NCBI GenBank assembly: GCA_026129095.1
Contig: JAHCIT010000008.1
Coordinates: forward strand, 133,021 to 197,020
Reading direction: 5' to 3'
DNA from: Deltaproteobacteria bacterium
GTDB taxonomy: Bacteria > JAGRBM01 > JAHCIT01
DNA: 64,000 nucleotides
In this document: piece by piece, positions 55,158-62,682 of the stretch
Layout: each line of letters starts with the position of its first letter
Numbering within the stretch: position 1 is the stretch's first letter
The notes under the pieces: model-generated
What the model saw: only the letters and a program-made list of their open reading frames with translations
What the model was told of the DNA's origin: nothing
Database searches by the model: none
Translations under genes and position numbers: made by a program

Positions 55158-57446
55158 TTATTCGGTGGCTCCGGGGTTGTGGTCCCAGCCGGGATCGGGG
55201 GTGAATCCGGCGGGGAACGGCGAGGGTCCGGTGAGGCCGCGACGGCGGGCGTCGGCTTTCGTCACACCGCGCGTGGCGCACCGGCAGCGGTGGCCGTTGG
55301 GCGGCCAGATCGTACGCCACACGGGATCGGCCTTCGGCGCGACGAACCCGGCCAGCGCCGCGTGCGCCGGCCGCGTGCGGTCGTCGCCGACCGTCAGGTA
55401 TTCGTACCCCCAGTAGAAGTCGCCGAGGTCCGGGTCGTTCATCTGCTGCCAGCGGGCGCCGTTGTAGGCCTCGGCGGCGGTGTTCCTGAAAACGGTCTCG
55501 AGGTAGTGGTTCGACGCCGGCGTGTAACCGTGGTCCTGGTAGATCTGCCTCACTGAGTCCGTGAACTCCTTCAGGGTCTTCCCCTGCTCGAACGCCTCGG
55601 CGCGCGCCTTCTGGACGTCCGAGACGAACTGCTCCGTCACGTCGCCCGCGATGGAGAACGCCTTCCGGCGGGCGGCGTCCGCCACCGCCTTCAGCGCCTC
55701 CTGCGTCATCGGCAGCTTCGATGCGAACAGCTTCAGCGCCTCGGTGGGCACGAGGTTCAGGATGTTGATGGCGATGAAGTCGAGCGCCTCCACCGGTGCG
55801 AGGCGGAACCGGCCGTCCGGCGTCCAGCCGGACCGGCGGGCTTCGTCCACCACGGAGACGCGGCCCTCAAGGCGTCCGGCAAGAACAAGCCGCTCCATGA
55901 TGTCCACGAGCGGAAGCGGCGGAGCCATCCGCCAGGAGGCGAGCGACGGTAGCGCCCCGGCCGACTGCACCGCCGCGTCGAAGGCATCCCTCAGTTCGCG
56001 CATCGGGTCGCCGAACGTGCGGAGCGCCCGTTCCGAGAGTTCGTCGATCCGGTCGTGCCGCTCGCGGGAAAACTCGATCAGGTCGAGCCGCTCCGTCAGC
56101 GTCAGCTTTCGTGCGAACTCACGGGCGGGTCCATCTGATGGGGTCGCGGGCGGATTGTCCGGCGGGCCGCCGCCTTCTTCCGGCAGGGGCGATCCCGGCG
56201 CGGCTGGCGGGGCCGCCGCTTGAAGCACCGGTTCGCCGTCCTTCGGCGCCGGGATGCCGTAGGTCTCCCGGACGTAGCTTTCCGGAATCTCCACGCCCAT
56301 TTGCTGAAGCAGGCGGTCCCGCTCGGCGAGGCTCTTCTGGTCCGCCTTCGCGTCGTAGTTGATGACGAAGCGCGGGAAACGGTCCACGTTGAAATTGAAC
56401 CCGCAGATCCACGGGATGAGCTGGCCGTTGAAGACCTCCATCAGTTCCTCGCAGTCGCAGGCGGTCAGCTCCTCCTTGGTCCGAAGGTGAACCGCACCGA
56501 GCGCCTGGGTGCCGTTCCGGCCTTCGCCTGACGACAGCGTCTGTCCGATGATCGCCTGCGTGATCCCGTCGTCCAGCAGCTGGATCAGCGGGATGAATGA
56601 CAGGTTTCCAGCCTTCGCCAGCTCGCTCTCCAGAAGCGTCACCTTCACGTCGCCGGGGATCGTGACGCCGGACATCTCCTCGATCTCCGCGATCACCGCT
56701 TCGAGGTCGTCGATCTGCTCGTCCGTATAGGTATCCGGGTAGGTGGCGATGCTGGTCGGGGAGCCGAACTTCTTCGACATCCGCACCCACGAATCGATCA
56801 CCTGCCTCTTGAACCATGAGTACCAGTACACAAACTTCGCCTCGCCCTGGCCGTAGGGGTTGTCGTCTTCGGGCTCGTGTGTGAAGACGAGGAACTTCCG
56901 TTCCGGCAGCTCGACGCCGTTCTGAGGCTGCTCGCGGGTGAGCATCCGGAGATGGTTCTCGTGATCGAACACGAACCGGCGCGCGGGGCGGCCGAGAATC
57001 TTTGCGGGCACGATCAGCGTCCGGCCGAGGATGTCCCGTGTCTCCCAGACGATCTCGGCCACGGCGACGCCGGTGCCGATCCCGGCCAGCAGGTGGTTGT
57101 TGATCCGTTCCATGGGGAGCAGCAGGAGCATGGCCTCGACGGCCTCGCGGGCCTCCAGGTCGGCGGGTGTGTCTCCCGCGGGGACGATCTCCCAGGGCCG
57201 CCGGCGGGCAGAGACCCGGCGCTCACGGATGGCGGCGCGGACCTTCGGATCCTTGACCATCAGCTCCCGGTAGTGCTGGAGCGTCCGGCCTTCGTCCCGG
57301 AGCACCTCGTCGGGATTCCGCTTCACCGCGAGCCAGGCGTCGGTGCTGGCGGGATCGGAGCGGTCCGACCCGAGTGCGCCCGGCTCGGGCTTCAGCTTCT
57401 CGCCGCCGGCGGCGAATATCCTCAGAAAAGATTCTCTCAGTCCCAT
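55158..57446 (-). CDS. Portal protein (DUF935/gp29-like) fused to MuF/gp30 head morphogenesis domain
   Basis: DDNPYGQG...WFKR...KFGSP, IIGQTLSS, ALGAVH; C-terminal KAFSIAG, LETVFRN, GDDRTRPAH, WPPNGHRCRC in one frame. Confidence 0.9.
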   Translation of the reverse strand: MGLRESFLRIFAAGGEKLKPEPGALGSDRSDPASTDAWLAVKRNPDEVLRDEGRTLQHYRELMVKDPKVRAAIRERRVSARRRPWEIVPAGDTPADLEAREAVEAMLLLLPMERINNHLLAGIGTGVAVAEIVWETRDILGRTLIVPAKILGRPARRFVFDHENHLRMLTREQPQNGVELPERKFLVFTHEPEDDNPYGQGEAKFVYWYSWFKRQVIDSWVRMSKKFGSPTSIATYPDTYTDEQIDDLEAVIAEIEEMSGVTIPGDVKVTLLESELAKAGNLSFIPLIQLLDDGITQAIIGQTLSSGEGRNGTQALGAVHLRTKEELTACDCEELMEVFNGQLIPWICGFNFNVDRFPRFVINYDAKADQKSLAERDRLLQQMGVEIPESYVRETYGIPAPKDGEPVLQAAAPPAAPGSPLPEEGGGPPDNPPATPSDGPAREFARKLTLTERLDLIEFSRERHDRIDELSERALRTFGDPMRELRDAFDAAVQSAGALPSLASWRMAPPLPLVDIMERLVLAGRLEGRVSVVDEARRSGWTPDGRFRLAPVEALDFIAINILNLVPTEALKLFASKLPMTQEALKAVADAARRKAFSIAGDVTEQFVSDVQKARAEAFEQGKTLKEFTDSVRQIYQDHGYTPASNHYLETVFRNTAAEAYNGARWQQMNDPDLGDFYWGYEYLTVGDDRTRPAHAALAGFVAPKADPVWRTIWPPNGHRCRCATRGVTKADARRRGLTGPSPFPAGFTPDPGWDHNPGATE

Positions 57447-57468
57447 GGTTCCTCCGTGCCGACGGTGT

Positions 57469-58953
57469 TCACCGCCGCCGCGCAAACGCCTTGATCCGGC
57501 CGGCCGCCGTCCGGTGGCCGTCCATCGCCCCCGCCATGGCGTCCGGACCGTCGTCCTTCACCGAGGTGCGCGGATAGGCGAACAGCTGGTCGAGCAGGAT
57601 GCGGGTATCGCCCACGTTCCGGTTCGTGAGCAGCTCGCCCCGTTCCATCACCGGGGCGGCGCGTCCGATCCGGGTCTCCTTCGCCTCGCGGGCGGTCCAC
57701 ATCGTGAAGGGGAGCGAGTAGCCACGGCGCTGCGCCTCGTACCGGAACGGCTCCTTATAGAGAGAGGCGAAACCGTTCGACTCGAACCGCCAGACGCCGA
57801 TCTTCCGGCCGAACCGCTCGTAGATGTCGTAGTGCGCCCGGACGTATTCCTCCGGGGAATCTTTCCGGATGCGGACCTCGGCGATGTGATGGCGGCCGTC
57901 CTTCAGCGCGTCCACGACGATCACCTTGAAGTCGTTTGATCGCCCCTGACCGGCAGCCGGGTCCGAGTGGGCGGCGAGGCGGAAACCGTCCCAGCGGCCG
58001 ATCAGCGCGTCGGGATAGGAGGTCTCCCACGACGGCCGGAACATCATGCCGTCCTCGTTCGGCTCCCCGTCGTACTCCTGCGCGTAGAGACGCGAACCGA
58101 GCCGGGCCAGTTCGGCGTCCAGGAACGCGGTGCTCTTGATGAGCGGTGCGATCGATTCGCCCCGTTCGTCCCGCGAACGCCAGATCCGGCATTCCCAGGC
58201 GTGCGAGAATTCCGAGTCGCCTTTTACCAGCCGCGAGAGCGCGGCGGTCTTGGACACCAGCGTGCCCACCCAGGTGAGCGTCCAGCCCTTCGGCGACAGG
58301 GCCGGAATGACCTTCGCCATCATGTCGGTGAGCAGCGCGTTCACCCGGTCCGGGTTCCGCGCCAGTTCCTCGTCTTCAAGGTCGTCGAACACGCCGAAGT
58401 CGGGACGCTGGCCTCTGGTGACGAGGCCGCGAATCGGCTGGCTGAGTCCCAGCGCCATCAGCCGGGCGCCGCTGCGGATCGTGAAGTCGGTCTGCGTCCA
58501 GGCGCCTTCGGTCCACTGGGGGCCGTAGTCGCACAGGAGGCGCTCGTTCGCCTCGAACTCGTCGCGCACGGCCGTCACGAAGTTCGAGGCGAGGTCTTCG
58601 GTGATCGACTGGACGAAGCCGAACCGGTAGCCGGCGCACAGCATTTTCCAGATCGGCATGCCGAACGACGTGACCGTGGATTTTCCGAAGCCGCGGGGGC
58701 CGACGGTCGCGGACGGTTTATCCCGGAGCAGCGACACGCCGATCAGCGCTCGGTGAAACTCCGACAGCTCCGTCTCGAACCAGTGAGGCAGATAGGTGCG
58801 GAGGAACCAGCCCGGGTCTTTGGCCGCCCGTTCGCGGCGGAGGCGGCATGCCTCCGGCGACACATCCTCGAACGGCAGAACCGACTGGAGCCGCTTCGCG
58901 CGGATCTCCTCCATCGCCCGGAGGTAGTCACTGATCTTCAGCTGGTGGCTCAC
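57469..58953 (-). CDS. Terminase large subunit
   Basis: Walker A GPRGFGKST, Walker B FGVFDDLED, nuclease DPA and DDGPDA. Confidence 0.92.
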   Translation of the reverse strand: MSHQLKISDYLRAMEEIRAKRLQSVLPFEDVSPEACRLRRERAAKDPGWFLRTYLPHWFETELSEFHRALIGVSLLRDKPSATVGPRGFGKSTVTSFGMPIWKMLCAGYRFGFVQSITEDLASNFVTAVRDEFEANERLLCDYGPQWTEGAWTQTDFTIRSGARLMALGLSQPIRGLVTRGQRPDFGVFDDLEDEELARNPDRVNALLTDMMAKVIPALSPKGWTLTWVGTLVSKTAALSRLVKGDSEFSHAWECRIWRSRDERGESIAPLIKSTAFLDAELARLGSRLYAQEYDGEPNEDGMMFRPSWETSYPDALIGRWDGFRLAAHSDPAAGQGRSNDFKVIVVDALKDGRHHIAEVRIRKDSPEEYVRAHYDIYERFGRKIGVWRFESNGFASLYKEPFRYEAQRRGYSLPFTMWTAREAKETRIGRAAPVMERGELLTNRNVGDTRILLDQLFAYPRTSVKDDGPDAMAGAMDGHRTAAGRIKAFARRR

Positions 58954-59438
58954 CGAGAACGGATCTCCTTGTACCGGTCGATCAGCTCGCGGTTGATGCG
59001 GTCGAGGTGCTGGTCGAACCGGCGGGCGAGGTCCGTGTCATGTTTCGCCAGCACACCGAGCACCGTGTCGAGGACTTCCCTGGAGATGCCGAGAAAATCG
59101 ACGCTCCGGTCCACGCGCTGGAGAACTCCGTTCAGCTTTGCGATCCGGTCGATCAGCGTCATGAGCCGCTCGCCGGTGTCACCGGCCGAGGCGTCCCGCT
59201 CCATTTCCGTGACCAGCACGGCGAGGGTCGCCTGGATTTTTTCGGACACGTTGACGCTGGAGGCGATGCGGGTCTTCCGGAGGTCGTCCCACTTTTCGGC
59301 GTCACGCCACTTCCGGAGCGTGACCTCCGAAACGCCGGTGAGGTCCGCGATTTCGGAGAGCGGTTTCCCATCGTCCACATAGAAGGTGCGGGCCTTCGCT
59401 CCGGACTCCAGGTATTTGGGCCCGTTCTGGTAACTCAT
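58950..59438 (-). CDS. Terminase small subunit-like HTH protein
   Basis: ARTFYV..GKPLSEIADLTGVSEVTLRKWR...W HTH; GTGA overlap with terL. Confidence 0.78.
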   Translation of the reverse strand: MSYQNGPKYLESGAKARTFYVDDGKPLSEIADLTGVSEVTLRKWRDAEKWDDLRKTRIASSVNVSEKIQATLAVLVTEMERDASAGDTGERLMTLIDRIAKLNGVLQRVDRSVDFLGISREVLDTVLGVLAKHDTDLARRFDQHLDRINRELIDRYKEIRSR

Positions 59439-59489
59439 CCGCCCTCCGGAGCCGCCGCGCAATCCGGCGAAGAAGCCCGTTCAGGGCGT

Positions 59490-59936
59490 TCAGGAACACC
59501 TGGAGCCGGTCCGGACGATGGCTGGCCCGTCCCCGACTGTTCCGGGCTCCAGGACTGGGGATTCCGGCCGGATGCGGCAGCGGTCCTCGCAGGTGCGAAG
59601 GCAGTCCTCGCCGCAGGATTTCAGGCAGGGCCCATCGTAACGGCTGGCGCAGGCAGCGGGCGTGAGCCCGAGTCCGAGCGCGAACACCAGCGCCACCGAG
59701 CGGATCCGGACGTTCCGCTTCATCTGGTCCAGGAGCGGCGCGAGGTTGCCGGGCAGCGCGGCCCGGAAGGTAGCGATGCCGATGCCTTCGAGGGCCTGGG
59801 TCATTTCGGCGGAGGTGAAGATGTCGAGGGCCCCGGCGTGGTCTCCCATGAGCAGCTTCGTCACTGCCTGGAGTAAAACCAGCAGGGCCACGAGGTAGGT
59901 CCGGTATCCGGATCCGAGAGTCAGCAGTTTCAGCAC
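59490..59936 (-). CDS. Holin-like membrane protein fused to Cys-rich lipoprotein-like segment
   Basis: After endolysin; GYRTYLVALL...GIATFRAAL; then basic+hydrophobic stretch ending PAAC and CX3C repeats. Confidence 0.6.
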   Translation of the reverse strand: MLKLLTLGSGYRTYLVALLVLLQAVTKLLMGDHAGALDIFTSAEMTQALEGIGIATFRAALPGNLAPLLDQMKRNVRIRSVALVFALGLGLTPAACASRYDGPCLKSCGEDCLRTCEDRCRIRPESPVLEPGTVGDGPAIVRTGSRCS

Positions 59937-59953
59937 GGGGTTCTCCTTCGTGG

Positions 59954-60397
59954 TTAATGCCGTTCCGGCGGCCGGAACGGCGGTCGGACCTGGATGTGGA
60001 TGTGGGCGCCCTGGCCGACATCGTGATAAAGCGCGGTGGGGTAGCGGGCGGCGGGGGAGCCGAACGGCGCGTACGGGAACTCGCGGTTCAGCTTCGTGAC
60101 GAGGCTTTTGATGGTGGCGGCGTCCAGGTCACGTGTGCGGATGTCCACGGCCCGGCCGTCCTCGTGCGGCGACTTCACGGGTTCCTGCCGCCCGAGGCGG
60201 ATCGCCTCGGCGCGGTATCGCGCCTGAGTCTCCGCGTCACGGAAAACGCAGGTGATCGTGAGGGTCTTGCCGCGCTCGCTTAAGTATTCGGCGGCGGCGC
60301 GAATGACAGGCTGCAGCCGCACGTCGGCCCGGAAGAGCTGGTCCTCCAGCTCCGGGACCTTGAACGCAATCGTGAACTTGGGCGCGGCACCGGCCAT
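59954..60397 (-). CDS. Endolysin, peptidase M15-like Zn D,D/L,D-peptidase
   Basis: TCVFR...Q, SPHEDGRAVD (SxHxxGxAxD), HIHI; first late gene. Confidence 0.8.
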   Translation of the reverse strand: MAGAAPKFTIAFKVPELEDQLFRADVRLQPVIRAAAEYLSERGKTLTITCVFRDAETQARYRAEAIRLGRQEPVKSPHEDGRAVDIRTRDLDAATIKSLVTKLNREFPYAPFGSPAARYPTALYHDVGQGAHIHIQVRPPFRPPERH

Positions 60398-60403
60398 GCC
60401 GCG

Positions 60404-60436
60404 AGGTTACGGACGGGCGGTTCCGGTTTGCGGGAC
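60404..60436 (-). promoter_or_regulatory. Candidate phage late promoter, copy 1 (19-bp motif plus -10 TAACCT) upstream of lysis genes
   Basis: Minus strand GTCCCGCAAACCGGAACCG-N8-TAACCT-N6-ATG. Confidence 0.72.
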
Positions 60437-60544
60437 TAGGGGTTGAGCCGGGGACGTTCTAGTGGTGGAGTTTGCGGGCGTTGCCTCCCCGCAACTGCCT
60501 GATCGAGTCCAATGAACTCTCCCGGTAGTGGGTCAGTTTGAGGA

Positions 60545-61099
60545 TTAACGGCGATTTTTGCGCCGAGCTTCCCGCTCAGCCTTTCGTCTATCTCTGCGAT
60601 CTGGTTTGTGGCCACCTGTGTTAACCGACCGCTTAGATGGGGGTTCTGGGATTACCGGGATAATGTCGCAATATGCGCCACTGCCATCATAGATCAAACG
60701 GACAAATCGGAAAAAATCTCTCCCTAAAAGGCCATTAAATGGGCGTGGATTTGGCGGTGTGGCCATCCCAATCATCTCGGATGTAAAAGTAATTCCTCTT
60801 TTTTTGGTACCGTCCCCGACCACCAATGTGATACTCAGCAAATAGACTGGGCAGTTTTCCGGGACATGGGAGACCCCCGTCATTTCTTCAAATCGGATAG
60901 GCACAATCCCCAAAGACTCTGCAATCCCTCTGTCGATAACCGTTTTTTGTGCCCCAGTATCGACCATAAGGCGCACTTTAACGCCTCCGGCCTGGGCCGA
61001 AGCCTCCCCTGCTTGAAGGGGTCGAGTAAGAGTAACTTCTACGAGAGGCCCCTGAAGGACCAGTGAATCAGCATTGGCGCTCTGGCAACGATGCTTCAC
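60545..61099 (-). CDS. Retropepsin-like (clan AA) aspartic protease with basic C-terminal tail
   Basis: LMVDTGAQKTVI catalytic motif; GLLGRDFF psi-loop; AT-rich codons; GTGA overlap with upstream gene. Confidence 0.87.
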   Translation of the reverse strand: MKHRCQSANADSLVLQGPLVEVTLTRPLQAGEASAQAGGVKVRLMVDTGAQKTVIDRGIAESLGIVPIRFEEMTGVSHVPENCPVYLLSITLVVGDGTKKRGITFTSEMIGMATPPNPRPFNGLLGRDFFRFVRLIYDGSGAYCDIIPVIPEPPSKRSVNTGGHKPDRRDRRKAEREARRKNRR

Positions 61100-61356
61100 G
61101 CGTAAGAAAGGCCGAACATTACTGCTGTGGTGACAGGTGTCGCGGCTTGTTCCACAACGGGGCCGATAACATAGCCAGCCTCAGCCCCAAATTCTTTTAA
61201 GGCGGATTCGTAGGCGCTGCGCTCGTCATCGTGGAAGCTCTTTACCGAACCGCCGAGAAAAACCACCCATTTGCCGGGATGCGTTTTCAGGAGTTCTGGA
61301 AGCGCCTTCCTGAATTGCAGAGTTTCCTGTAAGACTTTTTCAGATGTAGTCGTCAT
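61096..61356 (-). CDS. Small DUF5678-like protein
   Basis: LPELLKTHPGKWVVFLGGSV...AYESALKEFG; GGTGGTGAG upstream of ATG 61356. Confidence 0.72.
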   Translation of the reverse strand: MTTTSEKVLQETLQFRKALPELLKTHPGKWVVFLGGSVKSFHDDERSAYESALKEFGAEAGYVIGPVVEQAATPVTTAVMFGLSYA

Positions 61357-61547
61357 ATGGCTCACCACCGTTTTTACAATAACCATCATACGTGTCCATG
61401 TCTAGTGGTATCCCAGAAGCCCAACCAGTTCCGCGATGAACTCTCCCGCTCGCTGGACCTATGAAGAGCTTTTCGCCGCACACAGGCGAGAACCCCTCTA
61501 AACTTACTCGTCCTAATTGGTCCGCCCGAACCCCCACTAGCCTCCGG

Positions 61548-61583
61548 GTTTCACACAGAACTCTGCGGGCGCAGTGCGTCAAA
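61548..61583. repeat. 36-bp repeated element, copy A
   Basis: GTTTCAC-acagaactct-GCGGGCGCAGTGCGTCAAA. Confidence 0.8.
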
Positions 61584-61586
61584 GGT

Positions 61587-62195
61587 CTATTCGCCGGATT
61601 TCTGTGCCCGCCGGAACTCCCACGGCGGTTCAGGGCCGTCCTCGTGCCATATCCCGAGGCGGTCCGCTTTCGCAGCGGCCTCCGCCTCCTCGAGCGCCCG
61701 GTCGTCTCCCGCGTACTGCCGGTACCACCAGGCCCACCCGGAGCGCACCATCTCAATCTCCACGTCACGGCCGTCGTCGGTGGTGACGCGCCCGACGGTT
61801 CGCTGGTAGCGGTCGCGCTGCCGGGGCTCGACGATCACGGTGCCCGACGACACCAGCGACTCCAGGAATCTCCACGCCTCCTCGCCGCCGGGCTGGCCGT
61901 CCCGGCCCCGCTTCGGCGTCTCCGGAGCATCCACTCCGCCGAGCCGAACCGTCACGAGGATGGCGCCGGGCGGCAGGCACGCCGGCTCCACATCGAGCGT
62001 GTCTCCGTCCTTGACCTTGACTACTCGCGCCGCAAAGGACTTCGAGCCCGCCGATACTGGCGCGTCGCAACGGCAATCCAGTGGCGCGGTCTCACTGACC
62101 GGCGCGATGCACCCCGCGAGGAGCAGGAGCGCCGCGAAGAGCGCGGTGAGCTCACTTCGCGTGCGCGAGTCTGACGATGGCGGACGACAGCTCAT
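61587..62195 (-). CDS. Thermonuclease (SNase-like) lipoprotein
   Basis: Lipobox LAGC; VVKVKDGDT, VRLGGVDAPE, RDRYQRTVG, MVRSGWAWWY, PPWEFR. Confidence 0.9.
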   Translation of the reverse strand: MSCRPPSSDSRTRSELTALFAALLLLAGCIAPVSETAPLDCRCDAPVSAGSKSFAARVVKVKDGDTLDVEPACLPPGAILVTVRLGGVDAPETPKRGRDGQPGGEEAWRFLESLVSSGTVIVEPRQRDRYQRTVGRVTTDDGRDVEIEMVRSGWAWWYRQYAGDDRALEEAEAAAKADRLGIWHEDGPEPPWEFRRAQKSGE

Positions 62196-62631
62196 CGCGG
62201 CCCCTTACCGTCTTCTCGGCCGGATCGTAATCCCACCAGAACACCGACTCGGTTCCGTTGTGCTCGACTTTCACGAAGTGTATCCAGACTGGTTTCGAGC
62301 CGGTCACACTGACGCCGGGAACCGTGTTCCGGTCAATCTCCCTCCACCCGCTCGTGACGGCGTAAACGTCCAGGATTTCCCGGAAGGTCTCCGTCCCCTG
62401 TTTCGAGGCGAGGATATTTTCCGTCGCCTGTTCGCGGGTGAGCCCGCCGGGCGCCTCCGGCCCGCACATCGCGAGCACCACGCCGATCAGGACCCCAAGC
62501 ACGATGATGCCGAGGCACCCCTTGCCGAGCTTTCGACCCTGCGCTTCAAGCTCGGCCTGCTTCGCCGCCTTCTGCTCCTCGATCCGGACCCGCTCCTCGT
62601 CCCTGATCCGCTGCTCTTCTTCCGGTGTCAT
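62152..62631 (-). CDS. Single-TM hypothetical membrane protein
   Basis: GGAGG before ATG 62631; charged N-terminal helix, TM GCLGIIVLGVLIGVVLAMC, exported domain. Confidence 0.68.
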   Translation of the reverse strand: MTPEEEQRIRDEERVRIEEQKAAKQAELEAQGRKLGKGCLGIIVLGVLIGVVLAMCGPEAPGGLTREQATENILASKQGTETFREILDVYAVTSGWREIDRNTVPGVSVTGSKPVWIHFVKVEHNGTESVFWWDYDPAEKTVRGRDELSSAIVRLAHAK

Positions 62632-62646
62632 TGTCACCCCTCCCAC

Positions 62647-62682
62647 GTTTCACGCGCCCCGGCGCGGGCGCAGTGCGTCAAA
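62647..62682. repeat. 36-bp repeated element, copy B
   Basis: GTTTCAC-gcgccccggc-GCGGGCGCAGTGCGTCAAA; overlaps the repressor stop codon. Confidence 0.8.

Noticed and set aside
55158-55700. MuF polymorphic toxin
   Set aside because: MuF domain ends without a C-terminal toxin extension, and the next gene is the protease rather than an immunity gene.
61340-61537. Possible 65-aa ORF (VGVRADQLG...) after repeat copy A
   Set aside because: GGAGG is only 3 nt from the GTG, no recognisable motif, and it overlaps the start of the DUF5678-like gene.
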